Shown: one piece after another, positions 9,575 to 21,015 of the stretch | Numbering within the stretch: position 1 is the first letter of the stretch | Layout: the number at the start of each line of letters is the position of its first letter | Origin: an uncultured Planctomycetaceae bacterium | Lineage (GTDB): Bacteria > Planctomycetota > Planctomycetia > Planctomycetales > Planctomycetaceae | NCBI GenBank assembly: GCA_963813715.1 | Contig: CAWFAK010000016.1 | Coordinates: 416,001-480,000 of the forward strand | Length of the DNA stretch: 64,000 nt | Direction of reading: 5' to 3' | Notes under the pieces: model-generated | The model's input: the letters and a program-made list of their open reading frames with translations, nothing else | What the model was told of the DNA's origin: nothing | The model's database searches: none | Translations under genes and position numbers: made by a program

Positions 9575-10564
9575 ATGATGCGAGTTTGGCGCGGCAGCTC
9601 TTCGTCGAAGCGTTCGGGCTTTCTGGCGGGGCTGACGCTGTTGGCGGCAGTTGGCTTTCTTTACCTGAACTTTGAACCCGCGCCGGCCGGCGCCGATCGC
9701 AAGCACCGAAAAATTGACCTCGCGCGGCTGGCGTCCACCGTCCAATCGCTCCCCAAGCCCGCGGCAACGACTGTCGTCCCCCTGCCGACCACGCCGGGCA
9801 AACCGGGGGAAAAGGTCGCCGCGCAGGCACCGGGCGAGTTCGACCGGATGGCCCTCTTGATGAACATGATCCTGCTCGAACAGGGTCGCAAGCGGCTGGC
9901 CGACGTCTCCGACTACACCTGCACCTTCTTCAAGCAGGAGCGGCTCGGCAGCGAGCTGGGCGAAGGGCAGATCATGGAGCTGAAGATGCGGCACAAGCCC
10001 TTCAGCGTCTACATGAAATGGCTCAGCGGCGAAAAAGGGCGCGAGCTGCTCTACGTCGACGGCGAGCAAGACAACAAGATGACCGTGCATCCGGGCGGCT
10101 GGAAGTCCCGGATCGTCCCCGCCATCAAGCTCGAACCGGACAGCTCGCTGGCGATGAGCGAATCGCGACACCCCGTCACGATGGTCGGCCTGCTCAAGCT
10201 GTCCGACGAAATCATCGCTCGCCGCAAGAGCGAGATCGAACGCAAGTGCCCGATCCGCTGCCAGTTCATCGAAAACGAAACGGCCAACGACCGCCCCTGC
10301 TATTGCTTCGTGTCGGTCTATCTCGATCGCAAGCTGTCCGAGGAATATCGCAAGTCGATCCAATACATCGACCGCGAATTGCTCCTGCCGATCTGCGTCA
10401 AGAACTATACGTGGCCGGAAGCGAAGCAGACATTTGCCAACGATACGGCTCTCGACGAGGCGACCTTGGTCGAGCACTACGCCTACACGGAGCTGCAATT
10501 CAACCAGCAGCTGGCCAACGACGACTTCGACCGGGCGAACAAGACCTACAACTTCCGCCGGTAG
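9575..10564 (+). CDS. DUF1571 domain protein (exported)
   Basis: N-terminal TM; DYTCTFFKQER..MRHKPFSVYMKW..GRELLYVDG. Confidence 0.85.
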   Translation: MMRVWRGSSSSKRSGFLAGLTLLAAVGFLYLNFEPAPAGADRKHRKIDLARLASTVQSLPKPAATTVVPLPTTPGKPGEKVAAQAPGEFDRMALLMNMILLEQGRKRLADVSDYTCTFFKQERLGSELGEGQIMELKMRHKPFSVYMKWLSGEKGRELLYVDGEQDNKMTVHPGGWKSRIVPAIKLEPDSSLAMSESRHPVTMVGLLKLSDEIIARRKSEIERKCPIRCQFIENETANDRPCYCFVSVYLDRKLSEEYRKSIQYIDRELLLPICVKNYTWPEAKQTFANDTALDEATLVEHYAYTELQFNQQLANDDFDRANKTYNFRR

Positions 10565-10570
10565 TCGAAC

Positions 10571-11435
10571 TCAAACCCGCAGGTGCTCAAGCGCCTGTTC
10601 GATCGGCGTGACATAGCCCAGGTAGAACGGGCCGAACTGAGCGTAGCGGGCCGAGGCGCGATCGAACCGCATCGTGTAAACGATTTCCTTGATCGACTCG
10701 GGGTTTCGTCCCCAGAGCGTCACTCCCCATTCCCAATCGTCGAAACCGGTCGATGCCGTGATCAGCTGGCTCACCCGGCCGGCAAACTTGATCCCCGACG
10801 TCGCGTGCTCGGCCATGAGCGCGCTCCGCTCGCTGAACGGGAGCTGATACCAGTTGGCCGCCGGGTCGCGAATCTTGTTCATCGGGTAAAAGCAAAACAC
10901 CGGCAGCGGCGGAAAATCGGGGTAGAGCCGCTGCTTGTTCATCGCCGGCAGCCGCTGGGCGTACGCGTTCATCTTGGCCTGGTAAGCGGGGTCGCTCTCA
11001 GCCGTGCCGTCCTGCCGCAGCCGTTCTCCGTACTGCTCGACCGTGGGGACATACTCCGAGACTTCGGTGATCGAGACGAAGGAGTACATCGGAACGAGCG
11101 CCGGGCCGAGCCCGCTTGCCCGGATGGCCTGTGGCACCGAGTCGACGAGCAGCGGATCGGGATCGAGCAGCATCAGGCCGAGATCGGCCTTGTGACCCGA
11201 AACGAGCGCAGCACTGCAACCGCTGCGGGGCTCCTTGGCGTTCCGGATTGAGCAGCCGCGTCAGCTCTTTACGGCCGCGCTTGCGCGTGGCATCGTCGAG
11301 CTGATTTAAGGCCTGCGGGTCGACGCGGTAATAGAGGTGCAGGCAGTGCCAGCCCTCGGCCATGCGGATGGTCGGTTCCGGCAGCGGGGTGGGGGCGTGG
11401 CCGTGCGAATGGGGCGGACGCGGCGAGGAAGTCAC
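10571..11435 (-). CDS. hemQ: Coproheme decarboxylase / chlorite dismutase family (frameshift near 11200)
   Basis: EGWHCLHLYY, GHKAD, SITEVSEY, FYPMNK, NWYQLP..ERSALMAEH, STGFDDWEWGVTL. Confidence 0.88.
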
Positions 11436-11598
11436 GATCGATTTTTTCCTTCTGGTCGCGGGGGCAGGAGTGCGGCGCCGGGTGCTGACTGCCGAGTGAA
11501 CGCGGGGTCGCGTCGGGGCGTCGCATTTGCTGCCTTGTGGTTACCAGTCCGGTTTGCTGACGTCAACGCCGGCGATCACCATCACGCTGCGATCGCAG

Positions 11599-12553
11599 TC
11601 ACGATGCCAGCCTGCTTAAGGCAGCCGTGGCGTCGGCGATAAATTCGTCGACGATCTCCCGGCACGTTTGCACGGCGGCGATCCCGCCGCAACCCTGGCC
11701 GGCCGGGAAACAGTTGTGTGCCGGGTCGCGTTCGGCCATCTCGGGGAAGAGAAAGCCCAGCAGCCCGCGTTGGGCCATGAGTTCGGCCTGCTGCGGGAAC
11801 GGTTTGATTTCCTGCGGGCGGCGTTCCCAATCTTCGGTTGTCGCGTTGCGAAGGGCCCGCAGCGTCTTGCCCGTCCAGCAGCGCGAGATCGACCGTGTCA
11901 CTTTCGCTGGCCCGCACGATGGCTTGCTTGTAGACCTCGGCCGCCCGCGCTTCCTGCGAAGCGACGAACCGCGTGCCGACCCACACGCCCGCACACCCGA
12001 ACGCGAGCGCCGCCGCCAAGCCTCGGCCGTCGTAAATGCCACCGGCGGCCACGACGGGAATCGAGACGGCATCGACCGCTTGCGGGAACAGGGCGAACGA
12101 CCCGACTGAGCCTGTGTGCCCCCCCGCTTCCGAGCCTTGGGCGACAATCAAGTCGCAGCCGGCCTCCGCTGCCATCCGGGCGTGCTTCACGGTCGCGGTA
12201 ACTGTGATCACTTTCAGGCCCGCCTCGTGGCACAGGCCGATCACGCGACTGGGGACGCCGAGCCCGGCGGCAAAGCTGGTCGCTCCGCCGTCGATGATCC
12301 GCCGCACTTCTTCGATCGGGTTGTCGTTGAGCGCGTGCAACAGGTCGACGCCGAACGGCTTGTTCGTCAACAGCCGCACGCGGGCCATTTCTTCGCTGAT
12401 CTGGCCGGGAGTCAGGTCGCCTGCGCCCAGGACGCCGTAACCGCCAGCCTCGCTCACCGCCGCCACCACCTCGGCCAGCGAAACGCCGGCCATTCCGGCC
12501 AGCATGATCGGATAGCGGACGTTCAACAGTTCGGTCAGCCGCGTCTGCAACAT
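11599..12553 (-). CDS. Nitronate monooxygenase / FabK-like flavin enzyme (frameshift near 11890)
   Basis: PIMLAGM, QGSEAGGHTG, PVVAAGGIYDGRG, VWVGTRF, PAGQ. Confidence 0.88.
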
Positions 12554-12693
12554 GGCCAGCTCATCTCCTTCGCGCCGGTGACGAGTGCAACAACGTGCCT
12601 CATCATACACGCCGAGCCCAGCGAAGGCGTCGAACTTGCCAGCGGGAGAGCGCAACCCGACGGCGTCCGCTGATCCGACCCGTCGTGGGACGC

Positions 12694-13844
12694 TCAGCGT
12701 TCGCGCCAGAGCACTTCGTCGGCGATGGCCAGGCGTGCCTGGACTTCGGCGACGTCGCGGCGAAAGCGGTGCGAGTCGCTCGGATAGCCGTGCGTCGGCT
12801 TCAGTTCCGGGAGATGTGTCCGCCAGAAGCGGTTGAACAGCTCCATCGTCAGCTCGCGGACATATTTCGAGACCATCGACGCCACGGCCACCGGAAAGTG
12901 TCGCTCGGCCTTGGCCTCGAAGCGGATTTCCGTCGGACCGACGCGATAGATGCTGGACCCTCGGGACTCGCCGCGGCAGACCACCATCCGGCCGTCGAGG
13001 CAGTCGACCAGTAGATCGCCGTAGTAGTTGCGGCCGCCGTGCTTGTCGGCGATGACGACCGTCGGCCCTGCATCGTCCGGGTTCCAGACTCGCCGCAGCA
13101 ACTGCAGATGGAGCCGCGACAGGCTCGTGGCCTTGTTTTCGGTGCGGCGGTTCTCGCGGTTCCAGCGCCTGGGGGAAACGACGTCGCTCCGGATGGCTCG
13201 CAGCCGCACGCCGGTAGCCTCGCAGATCGTCCGCCACTTCTCCGCCGCGATTGCAGCCGAGTGTCCCTGTTCGCTCACGGGCAGGGGCAGATCGACGTCA
13301 TCGGAGTACCAAAGATCGCGGGCGCGGCCGCCGCACTTGCCGTCGACGCTTCCATCTGTGTCATCCGACGCTGAATCGGGGCCCATCAATCCGTCGAGCA
13401 GCTCGTTGAGCGCCGCGGAACTTCCGACGCGATGCCAAACGTCGCCAGCACGCTTCGCTCGAGAGCTCCCAATCCGATGGCCGGGCTATAGACTTCTTTC
13501 GAGTCGGCGATGTGCAGGCGATCGCTCATCGTGAGCGGCGCCGATTGTTCTTCCGCGGCCGGGCTTTCTTCACACTCGGCAACGGCGACGGCTGCGTCGT
13601 CCATCGTTGCGGTGGATTTCTTGCGGCGCACGGTGCGGGTGGCTCGCTTGCGCACGGCCGGTTCTGCTTCGCCATCGTCCGTTGCTGCGGCAACTGCCTT
13701 ACGTTCGGCGATGTCGGCGAAGACCTGCCAGAAGTCGGTCCGATGGGGCCAACGTCCGGGAACTTCCCAAACCGTGGCGGTCAGCACCAACGGCCCGAAG
13801 TTCGGACCGTATCCGGCCTCATCCATTCCGATGACGATTCCCAT
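12694..13844 (-). CDS. RNase HII-fold protein with long insertions (frameshift near 13400-13440)
   Basis: GMDEAGYGPNFGPLV, ADSK, DKHGGRNYY, KAERHFPVAVASMVSKYVRE, HGYP. Confidence 0.75.
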
Positions 13845-13966
13845 GTCGGGGCGCGCTCCTCGCTTGCCGCGGGCAGACCGTCGTGTCTGCCGCTCGCGCC
13901 CCTGTTCTTAGCACAGACGGGAGGCCGATTTCAAACGCTCGGCGGCTCGACGGACGAATCGCTGCG

Positions 13967-16900
13967 CTATTGGAAGCGCAAGAGGCCGAACGATTCGGGC
14001 CGCGGCTTCGTCGACGCGGGCGGAACCCATGCCTCTTGCTTGACGGCCGGCGCCGTCCGCACGATGGCCAGGCCCCACGCCTCGCCCGGACGCGGCGGCT
14101 GCGGCACCATCTCCGAGAAGGGAATCATCCCTTCGATCCGCCAGCGCTCATCGTCCCCTTCGGCGCGGACGGCGATGTTCGGATCCCAGCTCGGGTCGTT
14201 CCAGCACGATTCGGCGATGCAGCCGCGCTGGTCGATGTCGATTTCGTACCAGGTCGTGCCGTCGCGATCGACGTCGAGAAAGAGGGCGATGCGGTCGTAA
14301 GCCGACAGATCCATGTCGTGCGTGCGGCCCAGCGTCATCGGCCCGTCCTTTGGCATTCCGGGCACGCGGGGAATCGACGCAGCGAAGTAGAGGAACTGCG
14401 CGTCGTGCGCGAACATCACGAAAGCGTGCGGCGCGTTGCCGGCGAGCGGCACCGCACTCGTCGACAGGGGAACCTCGACGGCCTCCTGCCAGCCGACGTC
14501 GGACAGCAGCCCGTCGATCGTCAACCGCTCGGTTGGCACCTGGCAGGTGACCGTTTTTTGCGGCAAGCGCTCGCCGATTTGCGCAGCAGCCAGCGACGCG
14601 GCGGTGAGCGCGTCGGACTTGGAAACGGCGCCGTCGGGTGCATCGGCATCGGTGGCGCCGGCCTGGACCACCTTGGATGTTTCGACCGCTTCACCCGGCA
14701 GCGAGGTCATTCCCGTCTCGCGCATCAGGGCGGCCAACGGAAACTGGATTGCCGGCGTGCGATAGAGGGAGGGCGACTTGCGGCGGATGAGCGCGGCCAT
14801 CTTCAGGGCCGAGTCGCGCTGACCGGCCCAACGCAGTCCGGCCATGTCGGACTTGCCGTAGTGTAGCTGGCGTGACGTCGTGACCAGTCTCAACGGATCG
14901 GGCCCGTCGAGCGCGCCGGGATCGCGGTCCTTGGGTTCGACGGCGGCCTGGGCGAGGGCCTTATCGATCTTTTCCTCGAGCACCGATGAGTTAACCTGGA
15001 CGTGCGACGTCCGCACCGACTCTTTCCGCAGGCGTTGATAGGTCAGCTCGGCCGACGTCCAGTATTGAAACAGCCATTGCATCGCGTCGAACGTGGCCGG
15101 CTCGTCTGGGAATCGCTCCACCAGGTCCATCAGCGTGACCTCGGCCAGTTCCCACTGTGCGTTCCGCCGATAGGCGTCGGCCAACAGCACGAGCTGCAGC
15201 GCCGCGGACGCATTGTCGATTCCGCCGGTTTGCTGGTGCAGCATGCCGATCAGGTCAGCTCCCGCCGCGCCGCCGACCACGCGTTGCCGAACCATCGCGC
15301 GAAAGTTGCGGTCCCTCCTCGCGAGGCGTTCGGCTTGCTCATTGACCTCGCTGGTCACATTGCGAAGCCGACGTCGCGCGTCGGTCCCCGGCCCCAGCCC
15401 GATGCCCGTGAAGAAATCACGCAGCGCGGTCATCCGCGGGTCGGTGCCGTTCGCGTCCGGAGCGACGTCCACCAGTCGATAGGCCTCGGTTTCCGTGACA
15501 GCCGACTCGACCGGAATCAACAGGCTGGCGCCGCCGTGGCCAGCGTGACGACCGACGAGCCGTGCCGCGGCAGAATTTCCTGAGCGTCGAGCCGGCAGTC
15601 CCCCGCGCTGCCCGTGGGCAACCGCATGAAGACTCGCGCGGTGGTCCACGGGGCCAGACCCGCAACGCGCGTCTGCTCGGGAAACGCTGCCGGATCGCCG
15701 GCTTGTCGCACGGCCCCCATCAGCGCGTTGGCCAGCACGGTTCCCGCCGCGTCGTCGGCCGCGGGCTGATCGAAAATCACGACCGTCGGCCGCCACATGC
15801 GAATCTGGCAGACGAGGTGGCCGTAGAACATCGGCTGAAACTTGCCTTCCGTGCGCCGCATCCAGTCGGCCACAAGCTTTTGCGGATCGCGGTCGAGCCC
15901 CGGAACGTCGAGCGGAAAACGCCAGCCGGTCACGCCCTGCGAGCCGCCGGCAACAGTCACCGCTTCGTGTAGTTTGAGATCAAGGGTTGCATCGCGGGCT
16001 CCTTCCCCCTCGGCCTGGCCGCGGATGGGAAGGAGGACGACGCTGCGATAGCCCAACTCGCCCGATTCCTTGGCCAGTGCATTGAACGAGATGCGATCGG
16101 GCCGCGACTGCACGGCCAAAAACGCCGCCCGGCGTTTGCCCGCCCGCGACGGTTCCCACGTTTGGCCGCCGTCCGCCGTGTGCAGAATGCAGCCGAAGGT
16201 GCCGACGGCACACCCCGAGTTGTCCGTCGCAAAGGCGAGCCGTTCGAGCGGCGCCGTCTGGCCCGTCGGCTGAGGCCGCCAGCTGCGGCCGCCATCCGGC
16301 GAATGCCAGATCACGCTCCCCGGCGAGCCGGCGATCCACAACCGTTCGCCGCGCACGACCAACGCGTGGAAATTGAAGATGCTGCGTGCCTCGTCGGGCA
16401 GGGGCGTCGTCGGCGTTTCCCAGACCACGCCGCGATTGTGCGTGCGGAGGACTAGCGCCTCGTCGCCGACCATCCAGCCGCTGTCGTCGCGACCGAGCTT
16501 CACATCGTAGAGACCGCGGAGACCGAAGCGGCCGGCGCGGACGTCGAGCACGCGTCCGCCGTCGATGCGGGCCGCTTCCCCCTCGAGGCCGGCAACCACG
16601 CCGAGGCTTGGCGCCAGAAAATCGGCCGCCCGCCAACCGTCGTGCCGCGGGCCCTCGACCGGTTGCCACGTGCGGCCGCCGTCAGCCGTGGTAATCACGC
16701 CGGCGGGAAACTCGGACGTGGGCTCGCCGACTACGACGCCCGCGTCGGGCGAGAAGAACCGCACGTAATGCAATTGCGGGAGGGGCCGCCCGCTCCGCGC
16801 AAGATTTGTCCACGTCTTGCCGCCGTCTCGCGTCGACAGGATGGCGCCCACGCCGACGCGCGTGAATGGCGTTGTCGCTCCGCCGGCCACCCAGCCGATG

Positions 16901-17244
16901 CGATCGGTCAGAAAGCAGACGCTGCGCAGCACGCAATCCGCCGGGATGGGCAAGAGCTTCCAGGTCTGGCCGCCGTCTTCAGTCCGCCACACGGTGCCAC
17001 GATCGCCGACGCTCCAGCCATCGCGGCTGCCGAGAAAACAGACGTCGTGCAGGTTGGCGTCATCCCGCAGCGCTTCGTCAACGAGCGGCGTCCGCGCGGG
17101 AGCGGGCGCGGGTGAATTTGACGTGACGGCCGGACCGGTTGGCGGCGGCGGCGACGATTGGGCTGCGGCCGGGCGAGGAATGTTGACGCAGCAGACGGCC
17201 AGCAGCGCCCCGGCCATCCAGGCGCTCGCGCGAGGAAAGTCCAT
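13967..17244 (-). CDS. Large exported protein: YCF48/BNR propeller + PIG-L-like region + CBM9/DOMON-like C-terminus (frameshift near 15530)
   Basis: Signal peptide; repeated TxDGGxTW Asp-boxes; LVCQIRMWRPTVVIFD; TIDGLLSD..WQEA, LFLDVDRD, WRIEGMIPF. Confidence 0.75.
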
Positions 17245-17336
17245 CCTTGGATCTCCTGCCGAGTCGACGTGCGCTTGACCGAGGTCGGGTGGATTCGGCG
17301 CGGCGGCGGCCGGACCACCTTGATATGGGCGAAGCG

Positions 17337-17630
17337 TTAACTCGGGTGGGGGAAGAACGTGCCGACGACGTGCCCCGAGACCACGGTGAAGTGGAGCTTG
17401 CCATCTTCAATACTGGCGTCGGGGAGCAGGAATTCGTCGATCTCTTTGAGCAATTCGGGGATTTTTTTGTCGGGGAAGACTTTGTCGTCGAGGACGATCA
17501 CCGTCCCGACGACGCGCTCGCCCGGAAGATAATGCAGCTCGACGGCGCCGCTGTCCTGGCCCGGCTCGGCCTGGATCAGAAAACGCTCGGAGTAGGGAGT
17601 TCGCAGCGAACGCACAAAATGCAGGGCCAT
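17337..17630 (-). CDS. Hypothetical protein, about 97 aa
   Basis: Protein-like composition (MALHFVRSLRTPYSERFLIQ..LLKEIDEFLLP); co-oriented with neighbours. Confidence 0.65.
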   Translation of the reverse strand: MALHFVRSLRTPYSERFLIQAEPGQDSGAVELHYLPGERVVGTVIVLDDKVFPDKKIPELLKEIDEFLLPDASIEDGKLHFTVVSGHVVGTFFPHPS

Positions 17631-17639
17631 AACTCGCAC

Positions 17640-17914
17640 TCACCCGAAGAAGTAAAGGAGAGGGATGCCGGCTCCGACGCCAAAACCATCAGGAGGACCA
17701 CGCCCATGCAGCCGGACGCCTGCCCGCGCGATTTCCCCTCGCTGCTGCGATAGTGCAGGCCCGTTCCGGGAACGGTGAGGGCCTCGTACCGCCGGCCCTT
17801 GGCGTTGACGCCGACGCGAAAATCCTTGCCGCCGACCGAATAGCCGACGCCTCCCTTACTCAGGTTGACGCGGAACGGCCCAAAGTTGACGCTTTTGCGA
17901 TAGCTCCATCCCAT
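17640..17914 (-). CDS. DUF4236 domain protein (probable frameshift near 3' end)
   Basis: MGWSYRKSVNFGPFRVNLSKGGVGYSVG..VPGTGLHY; C-terminal TM completes in shifted frame (GVGAGIPLLYFFG*). Confidence 0.8.
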
Positions 17915-18118
17915 GGCCCGTCGGTCCTTCGGCCGGATGCCGCTTGGCGCTCAAGGTTTGTCACGCTGGGTCCAACCAACTGATGGACTCGCAACGCCTT
18001 TCGTCATGCCGGTTTGCTGCGAGAGGATAGTGGAAGCGGGCAGGGGAATCCAGACGGGTTTTGTTACAATGCGGGCCTTGAGCGATCCGTCAGCGACAAA
18101 CACGCAATCTAGAGGTCG

Positions 18119-19492
18119 ATGAAGACAATTCGCGTAGGAAACGGCGCCGGGTTTTGGGGTGACAACCTCGATGCGCCCCGCCGCCTCTGCGAAGGGGCGC
18201 AGCTCGACTATCTGACGCTCGAATACCTGGCCGAGCTGACGATGTCGATCCTCGCGCACCAGAAGTCGCGGAATCCCGCCGCAGGCTGGGTGACCGACTT
18301 CGAGATCGTGCTCCGCGATCTGCTCCCCGCTCTTCGCGCTCAACCGGGCCTCAAGATTGTGACCAACGCCGGCGGGATGAACGCGGCCGGCTGCGCGGCG
18401 GCCGTCTCGCGAGTGCTCGCGGAAGCGGGACTCGCGGAGGCGCCGATCGGCATCGTCACCGGGGACGATCTCTTGCCGCGGCTCGACGAACTGACCCGCG
18501 CGGGCGAAACGTTGGCCCACTTCGAGACGGGCGAAGCGATCGACGCGGTCCGCAGCCGGATCGTCAGCGCCAACGCTTACCTCGGAGCAGCCGGCATCGT
18601 CGAGGCCTTCGCCGCCGGGGCGCGGATCGTCATCACCGGACGCGTGGCCGATGCTTCGCTCACCGTCGGGCCGGCCGTGCACGAATTGGGCTGGACCTTT
18701 CGCGACTGGGAGCGGCTCGCCGCGGCGACCGTGGCCGGCCACCTGATCGAATGCGGCGGACAGTGCACCGGCGGCATGTACTCCGGCTGGACGCCCGACA
18801 TTCGTCTGGCCGACATCGGCTATCCGATTGCCGAGATCAGCGAGCAGGCCGACGTCACGATCACCAAGCCCGCCGGCACGGGCGGCCTGGTGACGGTCGA
18901 AACGGTGTCCGAGCAGTTGCTCTACGAGATCGGCGATCCGGCCCACTACCTCACTCCCGACATCGACACCGACTTTACGCAGGTTCGCCTGACGCAAGCC
19001 GGCCCCGATCGCGTGAGCATGACGGGGGCCCGGGGCAATTCGGCTCCCGAGAAGTTCAAAGTCTCGATCGCCTATCAGGACGGCTACCTCGTCTCGTCGA
19101 CGTTGACGATCTGCGGCCCCCACGCGGTCGAGACGGCGCGCTCGGCCGGAGCGACGATTCTGGAAAAGCTGCGCTTGGCCGGCGTCATGCCCGCGCGGAC
19201 GAATGTCGAAGTGCTCGGCGCCGGCGACACGGCTCCGGGGTTGCCCGGCGAGCGGGCCGCGCCTTGGGAGGTCGTGCTGCGGGTGAGTGCGGCCGATCCG
19301 TCGCGGGCCGTGCTCGAGCGCTTCACCTGTGAGTTCGCGCCGCTGGTGACGGCCGGGCAGCCCGGGGTGACGGGCTATGTCGGCGGCCGGGCCAAGACCC
19401 GACCCGTGCTCGCCTACTGGCCGACCACGATTTCCCGCGAACAGGTCGCCGCGCGGTCGACGGTGAAAACGGCCCGGGAGTGGATCGCATGA
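18119..19492 (+). CDS. atuA: Acyclic terpene utilization AtuA family (DUF1446)
   Basis: GNGAGFWGD, LEYLAELTM, ITGRVAD, GHLIECGGQ, EQLLYEI. Confidence 0.92.
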   Translation: MKTIRVGNGAGFWGDNLDAPRRLCEGAQLDYLTLEYLAELTMSILAHQKSRNPAAGWVTDFEIVLRDLLPALRAQPGLKIVTNAGGMNAAGCAAAVSRVLAEAGLAEAPIGIVTGDDLLPRLDELTRAGETLAHFETGEAIDAVRSRIVSANAYLGAAGIVEAFAAGARIVITGRVADASLTVGPAVHELGWTFRDWERLAAATVAGHLIECGGQCTGGMYSGWTPDIRLADIGYPIAEISEQADVTITKPAGTGGLVTVETVSEQLLYEIGDPAHYLTPDIDTDFTQVRLTQAGPDRVSMTGARGNSAPEKFKVSIAYQDGYLVSSTLTICGPHAVETARSAGATILEKLRLAGVMPARTNVEVLGAGDTAPGLPGERAAPWEVVLRVSAADPSRAVLERFTCEFAPLVTAGQPGVTGYVGGRAKTRPVLAYWPTTISREQVAARSTVKTAREWIA

Positions 19493-19869
19493 ACGGCACG
19501 ATCCGCCTCGGCGAAATTGCCCACGCCCGCTCCGGCGACAAAGGGAACCACGCAAACGTCGGCGTGATCGCCTTCACTCCCGAGGGCTTTCGCTACCTGG
19601 CCAAGGTGCTGACCGAGGCCCGCGTTGCCGAGTATTTTTTGCCGCTGCGGCCGACCGAGGTGCGGCGCTACGAGCTGCCGGGCGTGAGCGCGTACAACTT
19701 TTTGTTGTTCAACGTGCTGGGCGGCGGAGCGAGCCGCTCGCTGCGAACCGACAGCCAGGGCAAGACGCTCGCGCTGGCGCTTTTGGAAATGCCGATTCCC
19801 GCGCCCCCGCCCGCAGACCTTGAGCGGATGCGACGACCGGCGTCCGCAACCCATCCCCAAACCGCTTAA
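19489..19869 (+). CDS. AtuA C-terminal-like small protein
   Basis: AHARSGDKGN..VRRYELP..LGGGASRSLRTDSQGK; ATGA overlap with atuA. Confidence 0.88.
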   Translation: MNGTIRLGEIAHARSGDKGNHANVGVIAFTPEGFRYLAKVLTEARVAEYFLPLRPTEVRRYELPGVSAYNFLLFNVLGGGASRSLRTDSQGKTLALALLEMPIPAPPPADLERMRRPASATHPQTA

Positions 19870-19891
19870 GACTCCCCGAGGCGACCTCACG

Positions 19892-20699
19892 ATGACCGAG
19901 CGGCTCGTCAAACTGACGATGACGGACGACGGCGTGGCCCAGGTGACGCTCGATCGTCCGGCCCGACGCAACGCACTCACGCGCGAACTGCTGTCTCAGC
20001 TTTCGGCCACCGTGGCCGAGGCGGCGGCCAACCCGGCGACGCGGCTGCTCGTGCTCGAAGGCAATGGTCCGGCGTTTTGCGCGGGGATGGATCTCGACGA
20101 GATGCAGCAGCGGGCGGCGGCTCCCGACGCTCGCGCCAGTGGGACCAGGATGCGGCCGGCTTCCGCGACGCGCTTGTCGCCATTCTCAAGGTCGACATGC
20201 CGACCTTGGCCGTCGTGCACGGGCCGGCGATCGCCGGCGGATTCGGCATCGTGCTGGCCTGCGACCTGGTGCTGGCGACGCCCGCCGCCAAATTCGCGCT
20301 GCCCGAAGTGAAGCGGGGAATCAGCCCGGCCGTCGTCTCGCCGCTGTTGCTTTATCGCATCGGCCACGGGCCGGCGATGCCGCTGTTACTGGAAGGGGGC
20401 ACGATCAACGGCGACGAAGCGTACCGCTTGGGGCTGTGCCATTACCTGGCGCCGGCCGAACAGCTCGCCGAGCGGCGTCGCGAATTGGTGGCGGCGCTCC
20501 TGGGCGGGCGCCGCAGGCGCTGGCGGTCACCAAGCGGCTCGTCCGCAGCTTCGCCCTCGATACGCTCATCCACCAACTCGAAGCGGGACGCAAAGTCTCG
20601 GCCGAGGCCCGCGGTTCGAGCGAAGCCCGCGAAGGACTGGCCGCGTTCCGCGAGAAGCGCGAGCCGAAGTGGGTCCCGCCCCGCGATGCTGGCGGATAG
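19892..20699 (+). CDS. Enoyl-CoA hydratase / methylglutaconyl-CoA hydratase-like (frameshifts near 20135 and 20505)
   Basis: LDRPARRNAL, FCAGMDL, GPAIAGGFG, FALPEVKRG, EAREGLAAFREKREPKW. Confidence 0.88.
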
Positions 20700-20726
20700 A
20701 TCGAGGCGTGAGGCGATCGACCCTCA

Positions 20727-20755
20727 TTGCGCAGCCGGCGCGCGGCGGATACAAT
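20727..20755 (+). promoter_or_regulatory. sigma-70 promoter for small basic ORF
   Basis: TTGCGC-N17-TACAAT. Confidence 0.6.
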
Positions 20756-20848
20756 TGACCAGAGAAACGTCCGTGCGAGACTTGAGCGCCGCGCTCCGTC
20801 ACCTGACGCCGCGCGGAACGTGCTTCTTCTCCGTCAGGAGATTGCGAA

Positions 20849-20971
20849 ATGTCCGGAAAAGGTCGTCAATCGGTCCGCCGGCCCGCGACCAAGCTGCCGC
20901 ACCTCCGTAAGAAGATGGCCCAAGTGGCGCCGCGGGACCGCACGCGCGGCGGTAAAACTTTCGGGAAGTAA
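20849..20971 (+). CDS. 40-aa highly basic micro-protein
   Basis: AGGAG RBS 8 nt before ATG; MSGKGRQSVRRPATKLPHLRKKMAQVAPRDRTRGGKTFGK; lies in an otherwise empty convergent intergenic gap. Confidence 0.65.
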   Translation: MSGKGRQSVRRPATKLPHLRKKMAQVAPRDRTRGGKTFGK

Positions 20972-21015
20972 TCCTGCTGCTGGGCGTTTCAGCCGTGCGC
21001 CGAGATCCTTCCACG

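Noticed and set aside
8743..9575. oriC or parS
   Set aside because: I saw no TTATCCACA boxes, AT-rich unwinding element or parS palindrome.
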